Part shown: one piece after another, positions 36,757 through 53,900 of the stretch | How the letters are laid out: each line of letters begins with the position of its first letter | Position numbering within the stretch: position 1 is the first letter of the stretch | Source: Takakia lepidozioides | Taxonomy: Eukaryota > Plantae > Bryophyta | Assembly: GCA_030704615.1 (NCBI GenBank) | Contig: CM060731.1 | Location: 24,986,001 to 25,050,000, forward strand | Direction: 5' to 3' | DNA: 64,000 nucleotides | The notes under the pieces: generated by a model | Told to the model about the DNA's origin: nothing | Databases searched by the model: none | What the model saw: the letters and a program-made list of their open reading frames with translations, nothing else | Position numbers and translations under genes: made by a program

Positions 36757-37310
36757 TATCTCTATAACAACATCCTTTATTAAGGTTTTTTTTAATGGAA
36801 CGTGGTTCATACCTAGGCTGAAGAGTTCTCTCAGCTTGGGATGTCTTATAATGTTCAGATCCATAGTTCTGACATGTTGTATGGGGGCATAATCAGTTAT
36901 TTGAATCTCAGCCAAAGTATCCACATCACAAAAAGCCTTGAACCTCTTGGCTGTATTGCAGAGGCAAGGGGGAGATTCAATCAGATCAGGTAGGAAGTGA
37001 AAGTCACGAAAAGTAGATGTAGGCAGATAGTACTCTGTACTACTCTGTTTATGGTATGTCCATCCAAACATCACTTCCTCAGTTAACATAGCCAGGTCAT
37101 TCTGTCCGAAATTCAAGAATGCTTCTTTTATCATACCCTTAGGACTTATCCATTCCATAGCCCGGTTAGGGTACACCATGTGTACAAAACCAATTGGGGC
37201 TGGTTTTGATGCATGGGTGATGAAGTTCCGGCCATGGGCATGTATCTCAATTCTTCTGATTCCATCTTCTTGAAAAAACATTTCATCTGCACAACCAAAG
37301 AGTTGCATAC
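36757..37310 (-). pseudogene. N-terminal part of the PLE RT ORF with CxC linker
   Basis: PPCLC...HVRTMDLNIIRHPKLRELFSLGMNHVP resembles the Naiad/Chlamys CxC...HV.T.DL.II....LR.L...G block. Confidence 0.7.
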
Positions 37311-37336
37311 CATGAGAGAGGCGGTTACAGGTCCAT

Positions 37337-38632
37337 TCACGAGTTGAAGTCTCTCTTGTGGATTGGGGAAAACTCCCCGTTGCCTTGCCTATTTCGAAAA
37401 GGCTCTTGGCTGGCGATATTGATAGCAGTGCTGGAACTGGAACCTGAACCTCCAAAAGGAGTTCTGGTCATCGTCTTTGAGCTGTCAGAGTTGTTGTTAG
37501 AATGCTGCCCACGGCCAGAGCGCCCACCTCTTTGGTACGAGCCTCTGCCTCTTACAGGTGTGATCTCTCTGTTGTTACCAGTCTTGCCTTGCTGCGGAGG
37601 AGTTTGTCCATCCGGGTAAGCATCATTGGGGAAGAACACCGTCAGATTGTTGAGCATGAACCACACAAGGTGGTGAAACCAAGCAACACTTCCCATGCAA
37701 GATGACGGCGCACCTCCAGATCCACAATTACATCTGATGTACGGCCTATGCCAGTTAAACAACTGACTCTTGTGGTTCCGAGACCTTGTCGAACCAATAG
37801 GCATGTCATTCTTTGTCCTTAGAGTCATGTTGTCCCCTTTCTCACAGAGCTTGTAGTAGAAGGTTTTCAATGGCCAAGAAACAGCAATAGGTTCTTTTTT
37901 GAACCTTTGGATCCCTTCTTTTGCATCTGCTGCACACCTACTGCGTTCAGCAGGTGTAAGGTTGGCCCATTTGACCCTCATGTCAATTGATATGGGTGCA
38001 ATCAAATTGATATTGGCTTGGGGGTGCCACATCATGTGGTCGTTGTTAGCAACCTCAAGCTCCACGGCTCTAGGGGGCATCCAAGGGACAAACTGCAGGT
38101 TACCTGGAGTTGCTCCCGTAGCCCTTTCTTGCTCCACTTGGGAAAGTTCCACTTGTTCACAGAAGTCCCTCACTGCATCCAATTCCCCTTCAGGTACCAC
38201 CATGTTCCCGAGTATGGGATGGTTAGTGACGGACGGAATGAAGTCTTTTTCCATTGTGTTGGAGGACTTCTGTGTGGGAGCTGACTGCTCATCATCAGGG
38301 TTAGCAATTCTGAGTGCTTCCTCAATTGCAGCTCCTTTCTTCTCCCAAAACGTCATTTCACTAGCATCTTGCTCCAATATCTTAACCAATTTATCACTGT
38401 ATTCCTTGAGTCTTACAAGGTAACTGCCTTTTCTGTTTGCACATATTCCAAGTGCTACCCAATCCTCCAGGGCTAGTGTCTCAAGCAATAGGACAGGATT
38501 TTCATCACCTGAATCATTAATAGCTGCAGAGTCCAGCATTTGCACTGTAGAATGAAAATCACTTGGAGTGATTTGTGTGAGGGTAGCTTGTACAGCAAGA
38601 ATCGGAGGGGGAAGAGGGGATTGGTACCCCAA
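37337..38632 (-). CDS. Unknown ORF1 of the Penelope-like element (>=431 aa, probably a spliced 3' exon)
   Basis: Long open frame downstream of an acceptor-like TTTTTATGGCAG (~38678). Cys/His patch PYIRCNC...C...FHHLVW and an RGG-rich tail. Confidence 0.55.
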   Translation of the reverse strand: MGYQSPLPPPILAVQATLTQITPSDFHSTVQMLDSAAINDSGDENPVLLLETLALEDWVALGICANRKGSYLVRLKEYSDKLVKILEQDASEMTFWEKKGAAIEEALRIANPDDEQSAPTQKSSNTMEKDFIPSVTNHPILGNMVVPEGELDAVRDFCEQVELSQVEQERATGATPGNLQFVPWMPPRAVELEVANNDHMMWHPQANINLIAPISIDMRVKWANLTPAERSRCAADAKEGIQRFKKEPIAVSWPLKTFYYKLCEKGDNMTLRTKNDMPIGSTRSRNHKSQLFNWHRPYIRCNCGSGGAPSSCMGSVAWFHHLVWFMLNNLTVFFPNDAYPDGQTPPQQGKTGNNREITPVRGRGSYQRGGRSGRGQHSNNNSDSSKTMTRTPFGGSGSSSSTAINIASQEPFRNRQGNGEFSPIHKRDFNS

Positions 38633-38776
38633 TGCCTTGAGGTCATTACTCTATTCAGGAACATGCTTGGTCACCTTCTGCCATAAAAATGAAGTCAGTG
38701 CATCATAAACAGATCTGGAAAATGAAGGGAGTAAGACTGATAACGTGTACAGACACCACTAAGTACATTGGTCAAG

Positions 38777-41020
38777 CGAAAGAGAGGGAAGATACTATGT
38801 CTTGTCGGGACATGGACAGGACCAAACATGGTCAATGTCAATTTTTACGACAAATCAACCTCATGAAGAGGCATTATCAGTCAAACTCCATTTCTAATCA
38901 GATCTTATGATGACCTCCATTACATTTCAAAGACAAAGAATCTACCTGGTAGATTTCAATGACAAGAAAATGCGGGTGGGAGGGTGGGATTACTTAGAAG
39001 ATCCCCTCCTTATAATAATCCGGCTTTATATTCTAAGGAACAGTATGCTAAACAAGTGTTCAGCCTGTTTTTATGCCTGTTTTAGAATTATAAGCTATGG
39101 GTGGCATCTAAGCAAACAATTAAATGTTTACCTATATCATGCAATAGTACTGCTCATCTGAACCCAAAAGTTCCAGCTATTTTCCATTAATCACACAACC
39201 GGGATATTAAATCAGCTGGTTACTTGACAAGATAACCAGTTTTTTAATAACAAAAACCCAGAGCTTATTTGCTACATTTTTAGAACTTCTTGTAATCATG
39301 ACACAGATTCAAAACTCATTGCATTGTTTAGTAAGCTTGATTTCCCAGAACTGCTTTCTACTGCAGTGTTCTGTATCAGAATATGCCATAGCTAGCAAAA
39401 AACATAGCTATCTTTTTTGTAACATAAAATCCAGAGCCATGTTGTAGGTTAATCAGTCTTTGATTACCAAGCAACAGCAGGGGCTTCTCTTTAAAACAAT
39501 CAGACCTGGTTTATGTTTGGGGTCATTATGTTACAACCTTGACAAGGTGTTTGCACAAACACAACTGTATACAATCTGTAATTACAGAGTGACATGAAGA
39601 GGTAGCAGTTTACTTACCTTAGCAGATTGTATGCAAGGTAAGAAGGAAAGGGGGTTCAGACATCCACAGAGGTTCCATATATTGAGCATATAAAGGCATA
39701 CAGGGCTCAGTATAAACCATATGCAAGCTCTGGCCTCTCCCCTACCGTGTTGCTTGAAAGTGTACATATCAGAGTAGCAAATCGTGCTCTAGGCATGAAA
39801 AAAGAGCATATATTTGGTCTGGAAGCCCTACTTCCAGTACCATATTTCAATGCAGCGGAAATCATAACCCAGAGTCCTTAATAGAATTCATGTGTTCTAA
39901 AAAGGCTCACTAATGCACTTGCTGCTTCAACACATAGATAAAAGTTGTAAGCATATCCAGATTGGTCATGTAGTGAGGCAAAAATGAGACATCTCCCTGG
40001 ATAATCAGCTGATGTCGATGTCACTTCACTTGCAGGTTTGTCATCAGATTCAAGCTTCAAAAATCACATTAAGTGAGGACCCTCACCTGGTCCCATCACA
40101 AGCCCCCACAAGAACCAACAGGTTAGTGAGAATTGTGGAACCCCAGGTGAATCGGGTCTCACGCTTGTTATCGCTGTACAACATGAGTTCTAATTCTAAA
40201 CACAAGCAAGGTTATCCACAACCTTAATCGATTGCGGAAGAGGACTCGACATCGCTCCAAGCACTTGACAATCAACAGCACAAACAAGCAATGGTTTGCT
40301 TGAAATCTATGCGCATTTTAACAGGTGAAGAAACCCCCTGAGTTTTTATGAGCAGTGCTGAAACTTAATGATCCAGAGAGGATCTACAAGCAGTCGGGCA
40401 GCCTAAGGTAGATTGCCCGCCAAGGGAATAGGTCACCATACTGAGGGAATTGAAGCACCGCCGCCGTTACGCCTCCCAAGGGAGATGAGAAAGGACTGGA
40501 ATCTTGCCAGAGTACTTGTAAACAACATTGAAGCGTCTCCATAGCCATCAAAATCATAAAATTCGTGCTAAGAGATCCCTCTGGCACCATCACTTCATCT
40601 CCCGTAGAGAAAACGCACAGTATCGTGCAAGTTTTATGGCAGGAGAGGAAATATGGCAAACCATTGCGATTTCATCCATGTGGGATGAAAAATAAGAAAT
40701 GAAAGGTGAATATTCCCCTGTTGTCATCGCCATGTCATCCATCAGGGATGACATCCTAAAATCGATGACCAGAACCTGGCATTCATTAGGGTTAGATATA
40801 AATGACCTTAATAATCCAAAGGAACCAGGTAAAAAATGATAACCATAATTAACATTTAATGGAATTCATCCATTATTAACTATATCCGGTATGGATGAAG
40901 ATAGCATAAAGTTAATTATAGTTTAGTAAAAAATTACCTTAGTACCAAACCCTCTGGGTTATGGAATAGGTTACCAACAGGATCCATGTACAGAGGGAGA
41001 GAGAGAGGGAGAGAGAGGGA
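38777..41020 (-). repeat. Direct repeat B2 (upstream pseudo-LTR)
   Basis: 2244-bp match to B1, ending in a GA-rich microsatellite. Confidence 0.95.
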
Positions 41021-41089
41021 GTGAGAGGGAGAGATCAGGAAACAAAAAGAAAAAGAGGAAGGTGGGGGGGGGGGAGTGACTGAGCAGCA

Positions 41090-43100
41090 ACTGCTCAGTC
41101 ACTCCCCCCCCCCCCACCTTTTTGTTTTTTCTTTGTTGCCCCCTCTCTCCCTCTGTCTCCTTCTCGGAATTGGCCGATTGCATCATTGTTCTTTACATGA
41201 TTTTCCATCTATACCAGATGGACTCTAAAAGGTGTTTTCACCCAACTTGTAAAGGTTTTCTATCCATACCGGAAGAATCACCTAGGTGGACACTAAAGTA
41301 CCTTTAAAAATGACTTATAATTTTTCATTCCTCTTTTATTGACTTTCATCTATATCAGATGGGTCACCAGCGAATGAGGAATTACCTCCATAAGGGTTAT
41401 GACAATGGCATCCTATCTATAATTTTTCCATCCATGCCGGATGAAAAATACCAGGATCTGAATTCGTTTTATTCCCCTTTTACGCTTTTTTTCCGTACTG
41501 GATGAGGCTTTCTCTTAAGGGATGACGAATTACCTGTTAGGATGAAAAACCGCTGCCCTAGATGATTGATACTAATTATTATCCTGCTGATGGACCTCAT
41601 CCAAACAAATGAACCGATTTTTTTTTTCATCTGGACCGGATGAAAAAAACAGCTTATGATGGCCATGGAGATTTTTCTAATTATCCTTAATTATTGCTAA
41701 TTAAGGAGTGAAACCCTAACTCCTACCCTATAAACCTAGCTAACGGATGACATCCATCGGGTTCTCAAGAGAAAGGGTATTGATTATTCATCCTACGGAT
41801 GAAAAATCGGGCTCTGCCCTAGGGTGTCTCTCCCGCTGTCAGCTGCATTTCTCGTGCTGCTGAGCTCGCGAGTTCTGGCGTCTGAGCCCTGCTGCTACCC
41901 TGTCTGCTGCTTCATGCCGGACGTGCTCCTGGGGATGCACAATGGCGGCGTCTTGTCTCTTCTCACAGGCAGGAGAACCTGCTGTGATGGCATCATCCCT
42001 TTCCCTCCTTTGGCTTTTATGTTTCGCAGCGGCGCTTTGGTGGGGAAGTATATCGCTCCCTCTCCCTGCTTAGACATAGCATTTGTATGCTTCGCTTCTC
42101 CTTAGCTGTGCTGGAGGTGGCGTGTTGGTGGCGATGGCGCAGTGTTACCTTCCCCAATCGCTCAAGGTGTTTTTGACGATTAGGGTTCCTTTTACTTCAT
42201 ATCTTGCTCTCTTGTCTCTTGGGGTTCTTAGTTGACATCGATAACAAATGTAGGGGTTTGTGATTCACCTGTGGTTCCACAATCCTCACTAACCCATTGG
42301 TTTTTGTGGGGGCTTGTGATGGGACCAGGTGAGGATCCCTACCTACTTTGAATTCTCTTGAGCTTGCAGATAAGGATGTGTGCAAAAGAAACAAACTGCT
42401 GTTGCTTGCAGCCCCGATTTCGGCCCGCTTGCTCCCGGTTTGACATGATAATGCTTGCTTTTGACTTATCTTTTGCTGCTGCTGATGGAGCACTTTGGCC
42501 TGGCAGCCTTGTCTCATGCAGCACTGCATGTGAATCCTACCTTGTCTCGAGTCTTTGACAGCTTTGCCTGTGGATTTTTAGACTTGGATTCCCTTCTTTT
42601 TGGCCTTAAAAGAGGATTGATGGTGTAAGGGACAAGTCATAAATGGTTGTTTGGCTCTAAGGAAGAGGAGACCTGAGTTTTGTTAAAGAAGACAGCCTGA
42701 TAAGGCAGTGACAGGCCATTTTCAGAGGAGCATAGTGAGGTTTTATTTGCAAAACATGGCATTAGCCTCCTGTGAAACAGTGACGGTAAGCTACTCTGGC
42801 CAATGATTATTTACTCTATTTTGCCATTTGAACAGCCACCTGCATTGTATGATATATCTTGGTCTTGGGCACTCAAAAGTATGTGTGTCCAGATTTGGAT
42901 GCTGTGACAGGGCAGGCCTTTCTTCCGTGCCAAAACACCTTATATGATGCATATCTTGGGGCAATTGTACATGATGTAAAATGAAGTCGCAGTCAGTCTT
43001 GTCATGCCCAAAGTGATCACTTGGTTGCATGTTTGGAGTCTGATTTACTGCAGGCTGGGCCAGCAAGAGTCCTATGTGCACAGGTCCTGAATATATACAA
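41090..43100 (+). repeat. Diverged relative (A2) of the terminal repeat, head-to-head with B2
   Basis: Collinear with A1 and starts at the palindrome centre ~41089. Right boundary uncertain. Confidence 0.65.
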
Positions 43101-43261
43101 TGACAGGTTGTTCTTACATACCCAGAACCTTGCATGATGCATGCTTTGGGGTGCTTACATTTGGCCAAATGTGAAGCTGCAATATGGCTTGCCATGCCCA
43201 AGAAGTGTACTTGGTACAAAGCACCACTCAAACCAACCAAGTTCCAAACAAAATGAACATT

Positions 43262-44140
<879 letters not shown>

Positions 44141-44927
44141 CCTTGGAGGCGCCGTCCTCCTCACAGCTCGCACACTAAACCTGCTCTGGTCCCCGACTTG
44201 AAAAGGCGGACAACCCTAACTGTGCGAGAGAAGGCTTAATAGCTCTTAGTTAATAGTACCCTTATCGATTAATACGGTAACTATGTCAATTAGGAAGCTC
44301 GATTTAGTTTAGCTACGTCTGGGGGGGTGTTACATGATTGTAGTCACTGTGGGTTTGTCAAAATGAACAGTAAATGATTGTGTCACTGTGCAGACTGTAC
44401 ATATGGCACCATGAGAAGTTAGAAGTACACCAGATAATTATGCAGTAATTAGACAAAGGGAAGCAAACGTCCCAAGTCTCTTGCATTGCTCCTGTCATAA
44501 ATGTAGCTCTCCATCATCGATAGCTGTGAAGGCGTTTCCTTCTGGTGCGCGCCTGGCAGCTTGTGGGAAGGAGTTGCGGGGAGGAGAAGGTTTGTCTCTG
44601 TGGGGAGAGCATGGAGAAATGAGGGGGATGTATTATTGGAACACTGCACTGAGATGGATGAGCCCTCACTCAGACCCTCGTTTTGCCCTCTCGTTTCTTT
44701 CTTTGCCCAATACTCTAGCTGAATCTTTGAACATACTTCCCTTGCCCCTCAACTTACCTCAACTTTGCTTGTCCTCTTCAAGCATTTTGACTCGCTATCC
44801 TTTCTCACACAAATTGCCTCTCACTGCCAGGAATTTACATCGACAGGCACAGACATTCGACTCCGTGCGTTGTCATTTTTGGAACAGCATCCCCAGGTCA
44901 TCGAGTTGCCTGGACGGATCTCCAGTC

Positions 44928-50025
<5,098 letters not shown>

Positions 50026-50925
50026 AGTAACCCTCTTTTGCCAGATTGGACAGCTTGCATTTTCTCCCACATCAATCTGTCCATTGGGAGACTTCGTGTA
50101 GGGGCCAACCTGCTTGGCTAAATAGTGCACGAGTCCCTGTTAATTTCCACCCTAATTATTCTCCGAAACTAGCTTTTCATCATTCACATGAGAATTGTAA
50201 GATTCCGAGAATTTTTACAATGTTCATCATCTACAGCTGATACATTCCCCATTTTTAGGTGAATTTTTGCAAAACATGGAGATAGGCTGGAAAGACCCAT
50301 TGGAGGGTTTTGGATTTCCAATTATGCAAAGGCAGACATATCTAACCACGTGGCAGTCAATAACCTATTTCCTGTTTAATATATGGACAATCTAGTCAAT
50401 TTCTGCAAACTGCAGCAGACTGTTATCTACTAGTCAATCTATATAAAACATATGGGGCGCATAGATTTAAAAGATTTGGGCTTCAGCGTTCATCCACATT
50501 ACTGAGGAGGTATAAATTGAGTGTGCACCTCAAATGGAAACCTGTTGGGTGAAGGAACACCCTATGTTAAGAGCAGCTAATGTAGCCATACTTTCAGATG
50601 CAGCTCCATTCAAATTACAGTACAGATCTGCCTGAGAACAAAATTTTATAAGCTAAACTGCAATTTACACGGATCAACCTAACACCGTCCATGATGGCAA
50701 ATTCTAAGAGACCATATGAGAGGAAACGAGAAAGCTTCTGCGTTTCATGGCCGAATGGGGGCCGCTTTCACTGCTGGATATGTGACACAGCTAACCAGCC
50801 AGTTGCAAAGTCGTACCGAGAAAAATTCATTGCTGTTTTGCAGGGGTGCCTGTAGCCCCCCAGAAGGCCCAGCTATGACCTCCCTCTGGATCTGAAATAC
50901 AAAACAGCAAAATTTACACACCATG

Positions 50926-53900
50926 CTACACCTGTGGTGTCTCCAATGACGTTCCTGTTCTGGCCTGCCAAACATCCCAGGTAACAACACATGATTATCA
51001 TCAGTCTTCCAAGGTATGAAACGATTGGACATAACACCCAAAATCTATCTCATATAGCCTCTTCACATGTGCAAGAAGTGGTCTCCTAGGATCGCTACGG
51101 GATGTGCTACCTGGCTCAATAGCATCCACAAAGGCTCAGATGATGCCCCGTGCCAAATTCTTCGCTATGTATTCAACATGCCCTCAAGGGATGCCCTTTT
51201 CTGTGTTTAAACCTTTTGCTGGAGCCTCTAAAATCCCTAGGTATTATTTAACCTGTCATACAAAGCACTCGTGGACAATTAAAAACCTCGACTTTGATGT
51301 GAACTTGTATAACATCAATCTTGCGATGAGAACTAAATGCAGCGGATACAGAAGCAAGAGCAAGAGTAGATACCTGAGAAATACGGTTGGCATAGATGGT
51401 GACAAGTCGCAGCTGAGTGCTACTGAGGCTCCCAAGATATGGGACAAATGCTTTTCCCAGCACAATATAAATCTCCACCAGACAAAACACGACAGTCTGC
51501 AGGTCAACCCAGCCATCATGATCACATACCACTCCCAACTTACTAACAGCTATTCTCTTGACATGGATCCATAGTTGCAACCAATGCAGTTTCCTGCTGG
51601 GGCTTAAGCAAGTGATAGATACATCAAAGAAGATGATTGTACCTTGCGAACATCTGCATTTTGGTTGCCAAATGCGTCAAATAACACAGGCAAGAAGGAA
51701 GGTAGTTGTGCCATAAGCTCTTCTGAAGGAAGTCGGCTCACAAGCTGATCAACACAACAACAGTGTAAGGTAGTACAACCTGTCGACCTCAAAAACTGTT
51801 TAGGTCAGCCTACAAATCAGACAATGGTGAGCATGGGTGCAATAGGGCCCCCAAAATAATCGGACCGGGACAGACTGGATGTTGAAGGCACATGCCGTTG
51901 GGAGGACCATATTCTATATCTAGTACCCTGCAACAAGCACCCCCTGCCTTACCACAAGCTGGGAATGTTTCCAGACTAACACAAGAGGTACCCTGCTTAA
52001 TAGGAAACATCCACAATAGTGACACTCGTGATGTATTGAGTCCGTCCCATTACACTACCACAGATCAGTTCAAGATTCAAGCACAGCACTCCATGAAGAG
52101 TACAGCCTCCTGTTTTCATCCCTAAAAGATGGCTAGCAGTAGCATATGATATTGTTGCCAGATCCAGCTGCGGCACAATCTTAGGGCAGTTTGGGTAGTT
52201 TACTAGAGGGGGAAGAAACTCAATAACGCATCTTGGAGAGAGCCACGCTCTCCTCCTAGGGACTGAGACAAAGGTTGACCTCTATAATTATATGCGTATA
52301 GAAGATTTGCCACAAATATCTTGAAGGGTCATATGGATGTTCATGTGATCATGCTATGAGAATGACACATAGAGCATAGTAAAGATCTTCGTACTCAACA
52401 CCAAGGAAAGGTGTAGTAGGTGCAAGGGACCCTACTTTGGTTAAGCAGCTGATACAAGTCACCAGAGCCTTCTCATCCACAGATATGAGCAGGGGCACTA
52501 CTACCTGCCACACACCACACAACATCCATAAATTGGCTCCACCTTAAGCTCTCACAAGGGCCGAGATGCTACGGCCAGTTGATGTGTCCCAAGGATTGTC
52601 ATCACCACTATCACGGGTGTCATTTTTAACCAAACTTGTCCTAAAACTACAGTAAGATTAACTTCGGTGGTCTCATGAGCTCTTGCATGACGACCGGAAA
52701 ATAACTTTGAAACATAAAACAGGTAAAGAACCTTGTAGAGTTTGAAATATGGAAGGGGCACTTACTGACAGACAGCGGTATGGATCCAGCTGCATCAACA
52801 CTGTATTTAAGCAGCGGTCGGCTGCGGCAGTTACCTGCATTGATCTCCGTTAGTTTATCTTTTTATGTCTCTGACCCTCTGCAGTTGGTACACAGTGCAC
52901 CCTTGTCTACATGTATATACCAATACTGCTGTACCTTGTGCACAAACCTTGTAGACAATCAACTTAACATCAACAACACTCACTACCACTACACAGTCAA
53001 TAGGTGTCAAATGTCATACCATGGTCCACAACTAGCATCCTATTGTGATGACGCAGGGTTGGCATGAAATAGATACAAACACTTCTGTAGCATCTGAAGG
53101 TCCAGTAAATGACAAACTGGTAAAAGTGATTAGCTAGCAAGCAAGCAGAAGTAATTTTTCGCAAGTCTGAAGGGACATCAAACATGAAAGCATTCGCACC
53201 TTGGTATCAGAATCCCTAGTAGAATGAAGAAGCTTCTCAAGCAGTAATTCAGTAGCCTCATCCAAGTTGGTTCTCTGCAATTTATGCAACAAAATAAATG
53301 CAGAACAAGGCCATTTGCTGTCAAACTTTGGTAAATACATGCTGTGGGCATGTGTTGCACTTGTATGTTTATCTTTAAACAATTAATAGGGCCATAGCTG
53401 TGAGAAATCTTACGCTGGAGCAAACCATTGTGAAGGTTAAGGACAGAAGAACTCGGAAAAACACTTTGAAGATCAAGAGAGAAACTCGTTTTACCATGCA
53501 TCCCTGCAATTTAGTCTTGACCACAGCTGAGAGAGGGGGATACAAATATGCAACAGAAGGGGACAAGTAGAATAAACAGCGAAACAAAGGTGGAAATGGT
53601 GTGATGAACACCTGGTTGCTCAGCATCTCAAGGATAACAGAGAGAGCAAGCTCCCGAATGACTGGATCCGGATCATCCAGAGACTCCAGCACCACCGTCA
53701 GTATTTGATTGAAATACTGTGAGCACAACAGCACTTGGTTTAGTCTTGTTTCAGCACAAGTCATTCCATACCCTTCTACACTTCCAACTGTTAGTCACTC
53801 ACTACCCTGCCTTGCAGCTTTTTGTAGCCCTTTGACATGGATTTCTAAGGATTTGAGGTGAGTAAAGTACCACTATGCTGGGGACCAACCCCTTAAGACG

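Larger units (their letters stand above)
33037..41089 (-). mobile_element. Penelope-like retroelement of Naiad/Chlamys (CxC-RT) type with long direct (pseudo-LTR-like) repeats, RT internally deleted
   Basis: RT motifs GIPMG and RYIDD, upstream CxC linker, and near-identical 2.24-kb direct repeats lacking TG..CA ends. Confidence 0.8.
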
